A stretch of 64,000 bases of DNA from Bryobacterales bacterium (GTDB taxonomy: Bacteria; Acidobacteriota; Terriglobia; Bryobacterales; Bryobacteraceae), in the NCBI GenBank assembly GCA_963820405.1, contig CAWFZZ010000013.1:10510-74509 (forward strand), written 5' to 3'. Numbering within the stretch: the stretch's first letter is position 1; the number at the start of each line of letters is the position of its first letter. Shown here in pieces: positions 9,236 through 19,135 of the stretch. The notes beneath the pieces are model-generated. The model saw only the letters and a program-made list of their open reading frames with translations. It was not told where the DNA came from and did not search any database. Position numbers and translations under genes: made by a program.

Positions 9236-9257
9236 AACACAACACAGCACAACACAA
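9233..9257 (+). repeat. pentanucleotide tandem array (CACAA x5, one CACAG)
   Basis: cacaa cacaa cacag cacaa cacaa, directly abutting REP-A copy 3. Confidence 0.85.
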
Positions 9258-9258
9258 T

Positions 9259-9693
9259 CTACTTTTGAGGCTGATCGCGATAGACTTTGTGGCAGTTGTC
9301 GCAAGCCTGGCTGAGGGAGTCGGTACAATTGGTGACGGCGTCCTGGTTCTTGACCAGGGCGGCCTTCAGGCAATCCCTTCCAGCGGGCGCCAGCGCGGCG
9401 GCGAACTTGGCGTAATCGGCGGCCTGCACCGGAACCGGCTGACCGTTGGAGCGGATGCGGCCCGGTATCATGATCAGATTGTAGGTCTCCTCGATCGCTA
9501 CGGCGGCGTTCACCACGGCCTGCCACTCCATGTCGTTCTTGGGGGGCTTGGACTGGATCGCGAAGATGATATCGGAATTGGGCAACGCCACACTGCGCAT
9601 CACTTGCTTGAGATTGCCGTAGGGCTTCGGAGTAAAGGAGGGGGCTTGGGCGGCGGCTGCGGCGGCTACGAAGAACCAAGCGAGCGTTCGCAT
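9259..9693 (-). CDS. class II cytochrome c (cytochrome c-prime/c556-like), periplasmic
   Basis: 144 aa with a signal peptide. A single heme motif CDNCH lies about 10 residues from the C-terminus, and the size is about 125 aa after cleavage. This is the classic four-helix-bundle class II layout. Confidence 0.65.
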   Translation of the reverse strand: MRTLAWFFVAAAAAAQAPSFTPKPYGNLKQVMRSVALPNSDIIFAIQSKPPKNDMEWQAVVNAAVAIEETYNLIMIPGRIRSNGQPVPVQAADYAKFAAALAPAGRDCLKAALVKNQDAVTNCTDSLSQACDNCHKVYRDQPQK

Positions 9694-9737
9694 TCGTTAG
9701 GAGATTAGCACGACTTCAGTTATTCCGCGGAAACTGC

Positions 9738-10130
9738 GTGCCAACAGTTCTCGCCTTTTTTGATGCGATCAATCAACACGACATCGACAAACTTGCGGGG
9801 TTGATGACGGGGGATCACGTCTTCATTGACGCGCTGGGTACGTCCAACCGCGGCCGCGAAACAATGCGGACCGGGTGGCGAGGATATTTCGCAATGTGTC
9901 CGGACTATCGCGTTTCGCACGAAGACATTTTTCACAGCGATCACATCGTCGCCGCGTTCGGATCGGCTGGCGGAACCATCCGGGTGAATGAGAAAATGCC
10001 GCCTGAAAACAAATGGACAACGCCCGCCGCCTGGAGAGTAGTTGTCCGCGACGGCCTGATTCAAGAATTTCGCGTTTATGCGGACAATAAGCCGGTTAAT
10101 GACATTTTGGCGAAAGCGGAAAGACGGTAG
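9738..10130 (+). CDS. SnoaL-like / NTF2-fold protein
   Basis: 130 aa starting FFDAINQHDIDKLAGLMTGDHVFIDALG, which is typical of the SnoaL-like N-terminus. GTG start. Confidence 0.6.
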   Translation: MPTVLAFFDAINQHDIDKLAGLMTGDHVFIDALGTSNRGRETMRTGWRGYFAMCPDYRVSHEDIFHSDHIVAAFGSAGGTIRVNEKMPPENKWTTPAAWRVVVRDGLIQEFRVYADNKPVNDILAKAERR

Positions 10131-10163
10131 CGCTACTGTGTCAAAATCAGTGCAGAGGGACTA

Positions 10164-11270
10164 TTGGCACAGGAAGGCAGCACTCCGGGAGCCGCCACTT
10201 CGGGCTCCGTCGGGTCGGTACGATTGCTGGGCGTTCCGGTTCGGCTGCATTTCACCTTCGTTCTGCTGCTGATTGGTCTGGTGGTGATTGGCCTGAGCAG
10301 TAACCAGTCGCCCGGTAATTACACGTTGTTCGTGATGGCTGTGATCGCATCGGTGTTGCTGCATGAGTTCGGCCACGCCTTCGTCAGCTCGCTGTACGGC
10401 ATACGCACACTCGAGATCGTCATGTATCCCATTGGCGGGGTGGCGCGGCTGGAACGTCCGCCGAAGCCGTGGGAGGAATTCTGGATCGCGCTCACTGGAC
10501 CGGCCGTCAATCTGGCGATCGCCGGTTTGATCTTCGCTTTCCTTTATTCCGAAAAGCGCGCCATCAATCTCTTCGCGCTGGTACAGCCGGATGCTAATTT
10601 GGCCGATCGGATCGCGGTCGCGAATCTGGTGCTGGCGGGATTCAATTTGCTGCCGGCGTTTCCCATGGACGGCGGACGCATGCTGCGCGCCGTTCTTTCG
10701 CGGCTGAAGTCGGAATACGAAGCCACGCGCATCGCCACCTGGTCCGGCCGCATGCTGGCCATCAGCATGGGACTTTATGGATTTATCAATAAGCCGATGC
10801 TGGCCTTCGTCGCGTTCTTCATCTACCTGGGCGCGGCTAATGAAGGCGCGGCATCGCGCGGGAGATCGCTGACGCAAGGCATCCCGGTGCGGGCCGCCAT
10901 GATGACCGAATATAAAACGCTGGCCCACGGCGCCACTATTCGTGAAGCCGCGAACCTGCTGCTCTCCACCTCGCAGCAGGATTTCCCGGTGGTGCTGGGC
11001 GGGCAGGTGCTGGGCCTGCTGGGCCGCAATGCGCTGTTGCGGGGAATGGCGCAGGAGGGACCCGATTCTTACATCGCGGGATACATGCAGCGTGAGTTTT
11101 CCAGCGTACCGCCGGAGAAGGATCTGGCGGATGTGCTGCCGCTCATGGCCCACGCCGGAGCCTGCGTGCTGGTGATGGAGGACGACAAGCTGCTCGGACT
11201 ATTGAGTTCGGAGAACCTGTCGCAATTTCTGCTTTTGCGCAGCGTTGGTCTGCAGCCCGCGGACGGTTAG
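10164..11270 (+). CDS. site-2 protease family (M50) metalloprotease with CBS pair
   Basis: HEFGHA (HExxH), NLLPAFPMDGGR and a C-terminal CBS-like region (DFPVVLGGQVLGLL, VLVMEDDKLLGLLS). The start is uncertain (TTG at 10164). Confidence 0.8.
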   Translation: MAQEGSTPGAATSGSVGSVRLLGVPVRLHFTFVLLLIGLVVIGLSSNQSPGNYTLFVMAVIASVLLHEFGHAFVSSLYGIRTLEIVMYPIGGVARLERPPKPWEEFWIALTGPAVNLAIAGLIFAFLYSEKRAINLFALVQPDANLADRIAVANLVLAGFNLLPAFPMDGGRMLRAVLSRLKSEYEATRIATWSGRMLAISMGLYGFINKPMLAFVAFFIYLGAANEGAASRGRSLTQGIPVRAAMMTEYKTLAHGATIREAANLLLSTSQQDFPVVLGGQVLGLLGRNALLRGMAQEGPDSYIAGYMQREFSSVPPEKDLADVLPLMAHAGACVLVMEDDKLLGLLSSENLSQFLLLRSVGLQPADG

Positions 11271-11273
11271 GGT

Positions 11274-12083
11274 ATGCGGAAGCTCTGTTATTTGTTTTTC
11301 GCTTTTGGCTTTTTGGCTAGCGCCGAGAACGTCAAGCTCTATCTGAAGGACGGCAGCTATCAACTGGTGCGCGAGTACAAGGTGGTGGGCGATCGGGTGA
11401 GTTTCTATAGCCTGGATCGCGATGACGAGGAAGAAGTGCCCCTTGCGCTGGTGGACCTGGATAAAACCAAGGCCGAGATCAAAGCGCGGGCCGATTCTAT
11501 CCGCGCCGATGCAGCGGCCCAGGACGCCGAGGACAAGGCCGAGCGTGCCGCTCGCAAAGAGGTGGCAAGCGTCCCGCAGGAACCGGGAGTTTACCTGATT
11601 GACGATCAGAAGCCGGCGCCTGGGAGCCTGGCGCCCCCGAAGCTGACGGCAATGAAGGTAGGCGAATCGAAGGTGGTGAACAACAAGCGCCGCAGCATCC
11701 TCAAGGCCATTAGTCCCGTGCCACTGGTTCCGGGCAAAGCGACGCTGGAGCTGGATGGGTCGCACTCCTCGCAAGGCACCGCGAATCGCAGCCCCGAATT
11801 CTACATACGACTCTCGGAAGAGGAGCGCTTCGGCATCGTGCGCCTGGGCGAGCACAAAGGCAATCGAGTGGTGGAGAAGCTGACCATAGAGCCGGTGGTC
11901 AAAGAAATTATGCAGGAGCCGGATTTAGTGGAGGTGTTTCGCCAGCAAGTGGGTGACGGGCTTTTCAAGATCTGGCCGCAAAAGCCGCTCGATCCGGGAG
12001 AGTATGCGGTGGTTCAATATACGATGGAGAAGCTGGATATGCAGGTTTGGGATTTTTTTATTGCGCCGGGTACGGGGCAGTGA
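11274..12083 (+). CDS. hypothetical secreted protein
   Basis: 269 aa with leader MRKLCYLFFAFGFLASA. No family recognised. Confidence 0.5.
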   Translation: MRKLCYLFFAFGFLASAENVKLYLKDGSYQLVREYKVVGDRVSFYSLDRDDEEEVPLALVDLDKTKAEIKARADSIRADAAAQDAEDKAERAARKEVASVPQEPGVYLIDDQKPAPGSLAPPKLTAMKVGESKVVNNKRRSILKAISPVPLVPGKATLELDGSHSSQGTANRSPEFYIRLSEEERFGIVRLGEHKGNRVVEKLTIEPVVKEIMQEPDLVEVFRQQVGDGLFKIWPQKPLDPGEYAVVQYTMEKLDMQVWDFFIAPGTGQ

Positions 12084-12099
12084 AGAGCCACGGCCAGGC

Positions 12100-12143
12100 G
12101 TTCACACGAGTGTGAACGCGGCACGCAAGAGTGCGTGCGCCAC
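12100..12143 (+). repeat. REP-A repeat, copy 4
   Basis: gttcacacgagtgtgaacgcggcacgcaagagtgcgtgcgccac, between convergent gene ends. Confidence 0.9.
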
Positions 12144-12210
12144 GATGTTCAGCTAATGGAGAGATGGACTGGCTAGAGCTGGGCTGGTAATAGAAAGCGG
12201 GGCAGGCAGG

Positions 12211-13278
12211 TTAGCGAAGGCGGTGGAAGAACTCCAGGCTCTTGCGGGCGCTGTTTTCCCAACGGTAATGCTGGGCGCGTACTTTGCCGGCCTCGCCGAG
12301 TTTTTGCCGCAGCGTTGGGGACGTAAGCAGCTTCTCGAGGGCGGTCCGGATTTCGGTGGGACTGCGGGGATCTACCAGCAGAGCGCTGTCGCCTGCGACT
12401 TCGGGCAGGCACGAGGTATTAGATGTGATCACTGGAACGCCCGCCGCCATGGCTTGAGCGACTGGAAGACCGAAGCCTTCATAGAGCGAAGGATAAACGA
12501 AAGCGGCTGCGCCCGCGGTTAATCCCGGCAACGCCTCTTCTGGCACATAACCGAGGTAGCGTACGCCAGGTGGTTGTGACGCGAGCCGCGCTCGCGTCTG
12601 GCCGGCCGCCCATCCGAGGGGACCCGCGATCACCAGATCGAATTCGTCGCGAAGCCGGGAGTCCTGCCAGGTATCCAATAATGTATCGAGGTTCTTGCGC
12701 GGCTCGATGGTTCCGATGAAGAGCGCGTAGGGCCGGGCGGATGGCTGCGGCGGCGCGTGGAAATAGATGTCGGGCACACCGGGGTAAATCACTTCGATGC
12801 GGCGGGGGTCCAAGCCTAGCATGCGAACGGCATCCTGTTTAGTGTGGTCGGAAATCGCGATCAGTCCGGCGGCTTTTTGGAAGACGTTTTTCGCCAGGCT
12901 TTCGTCAGCGCGGAGATTCGCGGCGGTGTGCAGTTCCGGCATCAGGCGGGTGGTCATGTCATAGAGCGTCGCCGTCAGCTTCCTATTTCGTGGAGGGTCT
13001 CGGATCTGATTCGATACATGGAACACGTCGGAGCGGGGAATGGTCCACTTCAAGAACGGCAGCAGGTAGACGCTTGCCAGATGAATGAATGTCGGCGCAG
13101 GGCCGAGAACCGACCGCTCATGGTTTAACGGCGGCAGTTCCGGCATGGGCGGCCATGTCAGGATCCGATCTGTTCCCGATTGCCGCCGCAGATATTGAAT
13201 CCAGTAGTATGTGTAGTTCTTGACGCCCGCGCTGCGGAGGAGCAGCGGAGTGGCGTCAATCAAAATCTGCATGGGCAC
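12211..13278 (-). CDS. glycosyltransferase family 4 (GT-B, group 1)
   Basis: C-terminal EGFGLPVAQAMAAGVPVITSNTSCLPEVAGDSALLVDP signature. Confidence 0.8.
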   Translation of the reverse strand: MPMQILIDATPLLLRSAGVKNYTYYWIQYLRRQSGTDRILTWPPMPELPPLNHERSVLGPAPTFIHLASVYLLPFLKWTIPRSDVFHVSNQIRDPPRNRKLTATLYDMTTRLMPELHTAANLRADESLAKNVFQKAAGLIAISDHTKQDAVRMLGLDPRRIEVIYPGVPDIYFHAPPQPSARPYALFIGTIEPRKNLDTLLDTWQDSRLRDEFDLVIAGPLGWAAGQTRARLASQPPGVRYLGYVPEEALPGLTAGAAAFVYPSLYEGFGLPVAQAMAAGVPVITSNTSCLPEVAGDSALLVDPRSPTEIRTALEKLLTSPTLRQKLGEAGKVRAQHYRWENSARKSLEFFHRLR

Positions 13279-13316
13279 GGAAAGATTAGCACGCTAGAAT
13301 AGTCAAGGCCACTCGA

Positions 13317-14423
13317 ATGAACATTGTCAAAGCTACACGCTCGTACGAAACGTGGCTGGGGAGGCACCTCCATCTGCTGCCCGGTGATCTTCAGCGGAAG
13401 CATCAGGCCATGGCGCAGGATTTGTTTCCGTTTCTGCGCGCTACTTTTTATCGCTGGATGCAACTCTGGCCTAAGGTCTGCGCCGATGCAGCGCGGGCCC
13501 CGCGTGTGCTCGCCGTGGGAGATCTGCACGTGGAAAACTTCGGCACCTGGCGCGATATCGAAGGGCGCCTGGTGTGGGGAATCAACGATTTCGATGAAGT
13601 CTATGAGATGCCCTACAGCGTGGATCTGGTGCGCCTGGCCGCAAGCGCGCACATTGCCATTCGCGAGATGCGCCTGGCGATCGCCGCGAAGGACGCGTGC
13701 GTAGCGATACTGGCCGGATACAAGAAAGGCCTCGAGATGGGCGGCGTTCCCTACGTTTTGGCGGAAGAACATGAGTGGCTGCGTCATATGGTAACTGGGG
13801 TGGAACGCGACCCGGTCCAGTTTTGGCAGAAGCTGGACAGCTTGCCCACGTTGCGAGGCCGCGTTCCCAAAAGCGCGCGCCGCGCCATCGAGCGGCTACT
13901 GCCGGAGCCGGGACTCGATTACCGGATCGCTCACCGCATCGCCGGCCTGGGGAGCCTGGGACGGGAGCGCTACGTTGCCATCGCGAATTGCCGAGGCGGG
14001 CGAGTGGCGCGCGAAGCCAAGGCGCTGGCCCCTTCAGCATGCGTTTGGGCCGCCACCGCAAGGGCGTCGGAACGCATCCGCTATCAGGAAGCGCTGGACC
14101 GTTCGGTGCGTGACCGGGATCCTTTCGTAAAATTGCGTGGAAAGTGGATCGTCCGCCGCCTGGCGCCTTATTGCTCGCGCGTGGAGCTGGCGTCCATGCC
14201 CAAGGAGCGCGACGAGTCCAAGCTGCTGCGCGCCATGGGATTCGAAACCGCCAACGTACATCTGGGCACGCCGGGCGCGGCCAAAGCGATTTTGCGCGAT
14301 CTGGGCAAACGTCCGATTGATTGGCTGCACGAGGCTGCCACGGCCATGGTCAAGGCCACCACCGCCGACTGGCGTGAGTGGCGCAAGACGAATCGCCCGA
14401 AGCCGAGAAAAGCCTTAAAATAA
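13317..14423 (+). CDS. DUF2252 family protein
   Basis: 368 aa. The VGDLHVENFGTWRD motif and overall layout are typical of DUF2252. Confidence 0.6.
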   Translation: MNIVKATRSYETWLGRHLHLLPGDLQRKHQAMAQDLFPFLRATFYRWMQLWPKVCADAARAPRVLAVGDLHVENFGTWRDIEGRLVWGINDFDEVYEMPYSVDLVRLAASAHIAIREMRLAIAAKDACVAILAGYKKGLEMGGVPYVLAEEHEWLRHMVTGVERDPVQFWQKLDSLPTLRGRVPKSARRAIERLLPEPGLDYRIAHRIAGLGSLGRERYVAIANCRGGRVAREAKALAPSACVWAATARASERIRYQEALDRSVRDRDPFVKLRGKWIVRRLAPYCSRVELASMPKERDESKLLRAMGFETANVHLGTPGAAKAILRDLGKRPIDWLHEAATAMVKATTADWREWRKTNRPKPRKALK

Positions 14424-14426
14424 ACA

Positions 14427-15515
14427 TTGCTCCTTAGATTTGTTTTGGTTGCAGTTTTTCCGGTCCTGCTGCTGGGCCAAGGACCCGACTCGGTGCTGGT
14501 GGTAGTGAATGAACCCTCGGCGCTTTCGCGCAAGATCGGCGAATATTACGCCGAGCGGCGCCGAATTCCCGCTTCGAATATTTGCCGTCTCAATGCGGGC
14601 ATGGACGAAGAGATCTCCCGTTCGGCTTTCAACGATCAGATCGCCCGGCCGATTGAAAACTACTTGCGCGGCCACAATCTCACTGAAAAAGTGCTCTACA
14701 TTGTTACTACCGGCGGAGTCCCGTTGAAGATCCGCGGCAATTTAGGTATGTCTGCCGAGGCAGCTTCGGTGGATTCGGAACTGACGCTCGCGTACTTCGA
14801 TTTGCACGGCCGGTCTCATTCCGCTCCGGCCGGCATCGCCAATCCTTTTTTCGGCAAAATCACTGCGCAGTTTCGTCATCCCGACTTTCCGATCTATCTG
14901 GTGACCCGTCTGGCAGGATTTGATTTTGACGACGTCAAGGGCATCATCGACCGGGCGCTCATCGCCCGCAATCGCGGAAAATTCGTGATCGATCTAAAAG
15001 GGAGCGATAACACGCGCGGCAATTCCTGGCTGCTGCAGGCCGCCAAGCAGCTTCCGCGCGACCGCGTGGTGCTGGATTTGTCGCGCAGCGTGATTTCTCA
15101 CGAGTCCGATGTCATCGCCTACGCCTCCTGGGGCTCCAACGATGGAGATCGCAAGGATCGGCATCTGGGTTTCAGGTGGCTTCCCGGCGCCATCATGACT
15201 GAATATGTGTCCACCAACGGACGCACTTTCGCGCGACCTCCGGAAAGTTGGAACATCGGGGCATGGGGCGATGCGAAGGCTACTTTCGCAGGAACGCCGC
15301 AAACTTTGACTGCCGATTACATTCACGACGGCGTGACCGGCGCCTCCGGCCACGTTTACGAACCGTATCTCGAGTTCACGCCTCGGCCGAACATTCTGCT
15401 GCCCGCTTATTATCATGGCCGTAATCTTGCGGAGAGTTACTATCTGGCGATTCCGCTGCTCAGTTGGATGAACATCGTGGTGGGGGATCCGTTGTGCAGT
15501 TTGGGAAAGCCGTAA
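14427..15515 (+). CDS. conserved secreted hypothetical protein (TIGR03790-like)
   Basis: 362 aa. Leader followed by VLVVVNEPSALSRKIGEYYAERRRIPASNI. TTG start. Family assignment is from memory only. Confidence 0.45.
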   Translation: MLLRFVLVAVFPVLLLGQGPDSVLVVVNEPSALSRKIGEYYAERRRIPASNICRLNAGMDEEISRSAFNDQIARPIENYLRGHNLTEKVLYIVTTGGVPLKIRGNLGMSAEAASVDSELTLAYFDLHGRSHSAPAGIANPFFGKITAQFRHPDFPIYLVTRLAGFDFDDVKGIIDRALIARNRGKFVIDLKGSDNTRGNSWLLQAAKQLPRDRVVLDLSRSVISHESDVIAYASWGSNDGDRKDRHLGFRWLPGAIMTEYVSTNGRTFARPPESWNIGAWGDAKATFAGTPQTLTADYIHDGVTGASGHVYEPYLEFTPRPNILLPAYYHGRNLAESYYLAIPLLSWMNIVVGDPLCSLGKP

Positions 15516-15535
15516 AGACGGGGAAGAAGTCGGGA

Positions 15536-15570
15536 GTCAGAATTCAGAATCCAGAATTCAGAATTCAGAT
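15536..15570 (+). repeat. heptanucleotide tandem array, 5 units (TTCAGAA-type)
   Basis: gtcagaa ttcagaa tccagaa ttcagaa ttcagat, ending 18 nt upstream of the ABC-F start codon. Confidence 0.9.
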
Positions 15571-15588
15571 GCGAGAAACTAGAGATAG

Positions 15589-17496
15589 ATGATCCAACTT
15601 TCCGGCGCCGGGAAACGCTTCGGCCCCAAATTGCTTTTTGAAGATCTCAACTGGATGATCACGGCCCAGGACCGTGCCGGCCTGGTGGGGGCGAACGGCA
15701 GCGGAAAAACCACGCTGCTGAAAGTGCTGGCGGGCCTGGAATCGCTGGACTACGGAAGGCTCAGCGTCACGCGCGGCGTCAGTTCGGGCTATCTGCCGCA
15801 GGACGGCCTCTCGCTCTCCGGGCGCAGTGTGTTCGCCGAGTGCATGTCGGTGTTCGCCTCGCTGCAACAGATGGAAGTGGAGATGGAGGAGCTGACGCAC
15901 AAGATGGGCGAGCTGGATCCGGCGAGTCCCGAATACGCGCAAGTGGCCGACCGATTCCATCAGCTGGATAGCGAATTCCGCACGCGCGACGGCTATGCAA
16001 TTGAAGCGCAGGTGGGAACCGTGCTGTCCGGTCTGGGCTTCCCGCATGAGGAATGGAACAAGCGTACCGAGGAATTTTCGGGCGGCTGGCAGATGCGGAT
16101 CGCGCTGGCCAAGCTGCTGCTTGAAAAGCCGAATCTTCTGCTGCTGGATGAGCCGACCAACCACCTGGATCTGGAAGCCCGCAACTGGCTGGAACAATAC
16201 CTGGCCAACTACCCGTTTGCCTACGTGCTGATCTCGCACGACCGCTATTTTCTGGACGTCACGGTAAACAAAATCGTCGAGATCTGGAATCGCGGCGTGC
16301 ATTTCTACTCGGGAAACTACGAGAAGTTTCTGCGGCAAAAGCAGGAGCGCACCGAGCAGCTGGAGGCAGCGTATCGCAACCAACGCGAACGCATCGAACA
16401 GCTGGAAGCCTTTATTAGCCGGTTCCGCTATCAGGCGACTAAGGCGAAACAGGTGCAAAGCCGCATCAAGGAGCTGGAAAAGATCGAGCGCATCGAACTG
16501 CCCAATGAAGAGAAGACCATCCACTTTTCTTTTCCGCAGCCTAAGCCGAGCGGGCGCATCGTGGCCGAGTTTCATAACGTTTCGAAAAGCTATGGTGAGA
16601 AGTTCGTGTTCGGCGGCGTGGATTTCATCATTGAACGCGGGGATCGGATCGCTTTGGTGGGTGTCAATGGGGCGGGGAAGTCGACACTGATCAAGCTGCT
16701 GGCGGGCAGCGAGCCGCTGAGTAGCGGGGAATATCGGCTGGGCCATAACGCAGAGGTGGATTACTTCGCGCAGGACCAATATAAAGAGCTTGACCCCGAC
16801 GCGCGCATGCTGGACGATTTGCAGGGGGAGGCTCCGCGCTCCAGCAAGACCGAACTTCGCAGCCTGCTGGGCTGTTTTCTCTTCTCTGAAGACGATGTGT
16901 TCAAGAAGATCGGCGTGCTGTCGGGCGGCGAGCGCAACCGTTACGCGCTGGCTCGGATGCTGCTGCAGCCGTCCAATTTTCTGCTGCTCGACGAGCCTAC
17001 CAATCACCTGGACATGCGGGCTAAGGACGTGCTTCTGGAGTCGCTCGAAAAATATAGCGGAACGGTGGTCTTCGTCTCGCACGACCGCTACTTCATCGAC
17101 AAACTGGCGACGCGTGTTTTCGAAGTAGGCGCGGGCGAGGTGCACGTTTTCCCGGGCAACTACGAGGACTACATCTGGCGCAAGGAAGGCAAGCAGATCG
17201 ATCTGAGCCTGCCTGCCGCTGGTAACGGCGCAGCGCATCACCAGCCACCAGCCACGAGTCATCAGACCCCTTCGAAGCGGGTAAACCCGATGAAGCTGAA
17301 ACAACGCCAGAATCGCGCGAAAGAGCTGGAATCAGAGATTGCCGCTCTGGAGGCCGAGATCGCGAGTGACGAAGAGAGCCTCGCGAATTTCGTTAGCGCC
17401 GAAGAGAGTATGCGACTTGCTTCGCAATTGGAGAAGCGCCGCGCCACGTTGAACGCTTTGCTGGCCGAATGGGAAGAGGCGTCGCAAGAAGCATGA
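15589..17496 (+). CDS. ABC-F family ATPase (Uup/YheS/EttA-like, two ABC domains, no TMD)
   Basis: Two Walker A motifs (GANGSGKTT, GVNGAGKST), two signature motifs (FSGGWQMR, LSGGERNR) and a C-terminal coiled coil. Confidence 0.9.
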   Translation: MIQLSGAGKRFGPKLLFEDLNWMITAQDRAGLVGANGSGKTTLLKVLAGLESLDYGRLSVTRGVSSGYLPQDGLSLSGRSVFAECMSVFASLQQMEVEMEELTHKMGELDPASPEYAQVADRFHQLDSEFRTRDGYAIEAQVGTVLSGLGFPHEEWNKRTEEFSGGWQMRIALAKLLLEKPNLLLLDEPTNHLDLEARNWLEQYLANYPFAYVLISHDRYFLDVTVNKIVEIWNRGVHFYSGNYEKFLRQKQERTEQLEAAYRNQRERIEQLEAFISRFRYQATKAKQVQSRIKELEKIERIELPNEEKTIHFSFPQPKPSGRIVAEFHNVSKSYGEKFVFGGVDFIIERGDRIALVGVNGAGKSTLIKLLAGSEPLSSGEYRLGHNAEVDYFAQDQYKELDPDARMLDDLQGEAPRSSKTELRSLLGCFLFSEDDVFKKIGVLSGGERNRYALARMLLQPSNFLLLDEPTNHLDMRAKDVLLESLEKYSGTVVFVSHDRYFIDKLATRVFEVGAGEVHVFPGNYEDYIWRKEGKQIDLSLPAAGNGAAHHQPPATSHQTPSKRVNPMKLKQRQNRAKELESEIAALEAEIASDEESLANFVSAEESMRLASQLEKRRATLNALLAEWEEASQEA

Positions 17497-18734
17497 GCGA
17501 CTTTCAGGAACAGCTGGCGCATCTTCGCCGGCGCATCGCCAAGATCGATAAGAAGTACAAAGCTCCCAAACGTCCGCTGCCAGCCCCCAGCCGCGAGCCA
17601 CTGGCTTTTCCCGAGGAGTGGCTGCATGGAGAAGAAGTGGCGACTGCGCAGGGCGTGCACTACGAAACCGAAAGACTCTACGAGCGCCAGCGCCGCCACG
17701 GCAGCGTCGGCATTGTGGATCTGGAAGGGATGTCGCACGATTTGCTGGATCCTATATCGAACGGTCAGATTCGCGGAGTGGCGCCCCAGAAGTGGTGCTT
17801 CCTGGACACTGAAACTACGGGTTTGGCGGGTGGCTCGGGCACCTACGCGTTTCTGGTGGGCGTGGGCCGGATCACTCCACAAGGTTTTCGCGTGCGCCAA
17901 TTTTTTATGCGCGACTTCGGCGAAGAGGCCAGCTTGCTGAGCGCGCTCACCGAACATTTGAAGCAATTCGAGGTGCTGATCACTTACAATGGCCGCACTT
18001 ACGATCAGCCGCTGCTGGAAACGCGCTTTCGCATGACGCGGCAGCGGCCGCCCTTCAGTTCGCTGGAGCACCTGGACCTGTTGTTTGGTGCGCGCCGGCT
18101 GTGGAACTTGCGTTTCGATAGCTGCCGATTGGTGGAATTGGAAAATCAAATTCTGGGCGTGGAACGGCAAGGCGATCTGCCGGGGGAATTGATTCCGTAT
18201 GTCTATTTCGAATACGTGCGGACGCAGGAAATATTCAGCCTGATGCCGGTGTTTCACCACAACGCGATCGACATCCTGACGCTGGCCTGTCTTACCGCCA
18301 TCGTGCCGCGCGCGTTCCATGTGGATAGCGCTGAATTCTCGCACGGGGCCGAAATGGTCGGCCTGGCCCGCTGGTGGCGGCAAGCCGAGCAGCACGAAAA
18401 CGCGCTGGCGCTGTTTCGGCAGGCGATCGAGAAGAATCTTTCCGACGAACTGCTGTTCCGTACCTTGTGGGATATCGCGGCGCTTGAAAAGAAGCTGGGC
18501 CGGGAACATGCGGCGCTTCCGGTGCTCACCGATCTGGTCGCTTCGCACAACCCATGGCGCGCGGCGGCGTTCGTGGAGCTGGCGAAATATTATGAGCGGC
18601 GGGAACGCAACTACGCGCTGGCGTTAGAGATGACGCGGAGCGCGATGGAGTTGGATCCATCCGAAGCGCTCGAGCGGCGGGCGACCCGTCTGGAAAAGCG
18701 GGTGGCGGTTCCAAGAACATCGAGGCTGATATGA
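17493..18734 (+). CDS. RNase H-like (YprB-type) exonuclease-fold protein with C-terminal TPR-like region
   Basis: FLDTETTGLAGGSGTYAFLVGVG and HNAIDILTL motifs. ATG 17493 overlaps the ABC-F stop (ATGA). Confidence 0.65.
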   Translation: MSDFQEQLAHLRRRIAKIDKKYKAPKRPLPAPSREPLAFPEEWLHGEEVATAQGVHYETERLYERQRRHGSVGIVDLEGMSHDLLDPISNGQIRGVAPQKWCFLDTETTGLAGGSGTYAFLVGVGRITPQGFRVRQFFMRDFGEEASLLSALTEHLKQFEVLITYNGRTYDQPLLETRFRMTRQRPPFSSLEHLDLLFGARRLWNLRFDSCRLVELENQILGVERQGDLPGELIPYVYFEYVRTQEIFSLMPVFHHNAIDILTLACLTAIVPRAFHVDSAEFSHGAEMVGLARWWRQAEQHENALALFRQAIEKNLSDELLFRTLWDIAALEKKLGREHAALPVLTDLVASHNPWRAAAFVELAKYYERRERNYALALEMTRSAMELDPSEALERRATRLEKRVAVPRTSRLI

Positions 18735-19135
18735 AAACATTGTTGTTGTTATTTGTCGTGATCATGATGGCGGGATGCGCGCGCTCGCCGGTGCTGGACG
18801 TGAGTTTGAGTCTCGATAAACCAAATGCCGATGTAATCTTCGTGAAGGTGAAAGTGGTGAACACGGAAGATCGCGCCACCGTTCCGATCGCCATCGAAGT
18901 GACCGGGCAGGCGCAGACGAACGGCCATTGGGACAAGGCCAGCACGCTGATTCATCCCGCCGCGTTCGTACTGAACAAGAGGGAACAGCGTGAGATCACG
19001 AAAGTATGGAGAGTTCCGGCCGATACCGCGCGAACCACGCTCACGGTGAAAGAACAGGAAAGCGGGAAATTGTTAAAAACAGAACGGGCCGAGAAGGTAT
19101 TTTCGGCGGGCGGCGCCGCTACAACACAGCCCTAA
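18731..19135 (+). CDS. hypothetical lipoprotein
   Basis: Lipobox [11 protein letters not shown] overlap with the upstream gene. Confidence 0.5.
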   Translation: MKTLLLLFVVIMMAGCARSPVLDVSLSLDKPNADVIFVKVKVVNTEDRATVPIAIEVTGQAQTNGHWDKASTLIHPAAFVLNKREQREITKVWRVPADTARTTLTVKEQESGKLLKTERAEKVFSAGGAATTQP

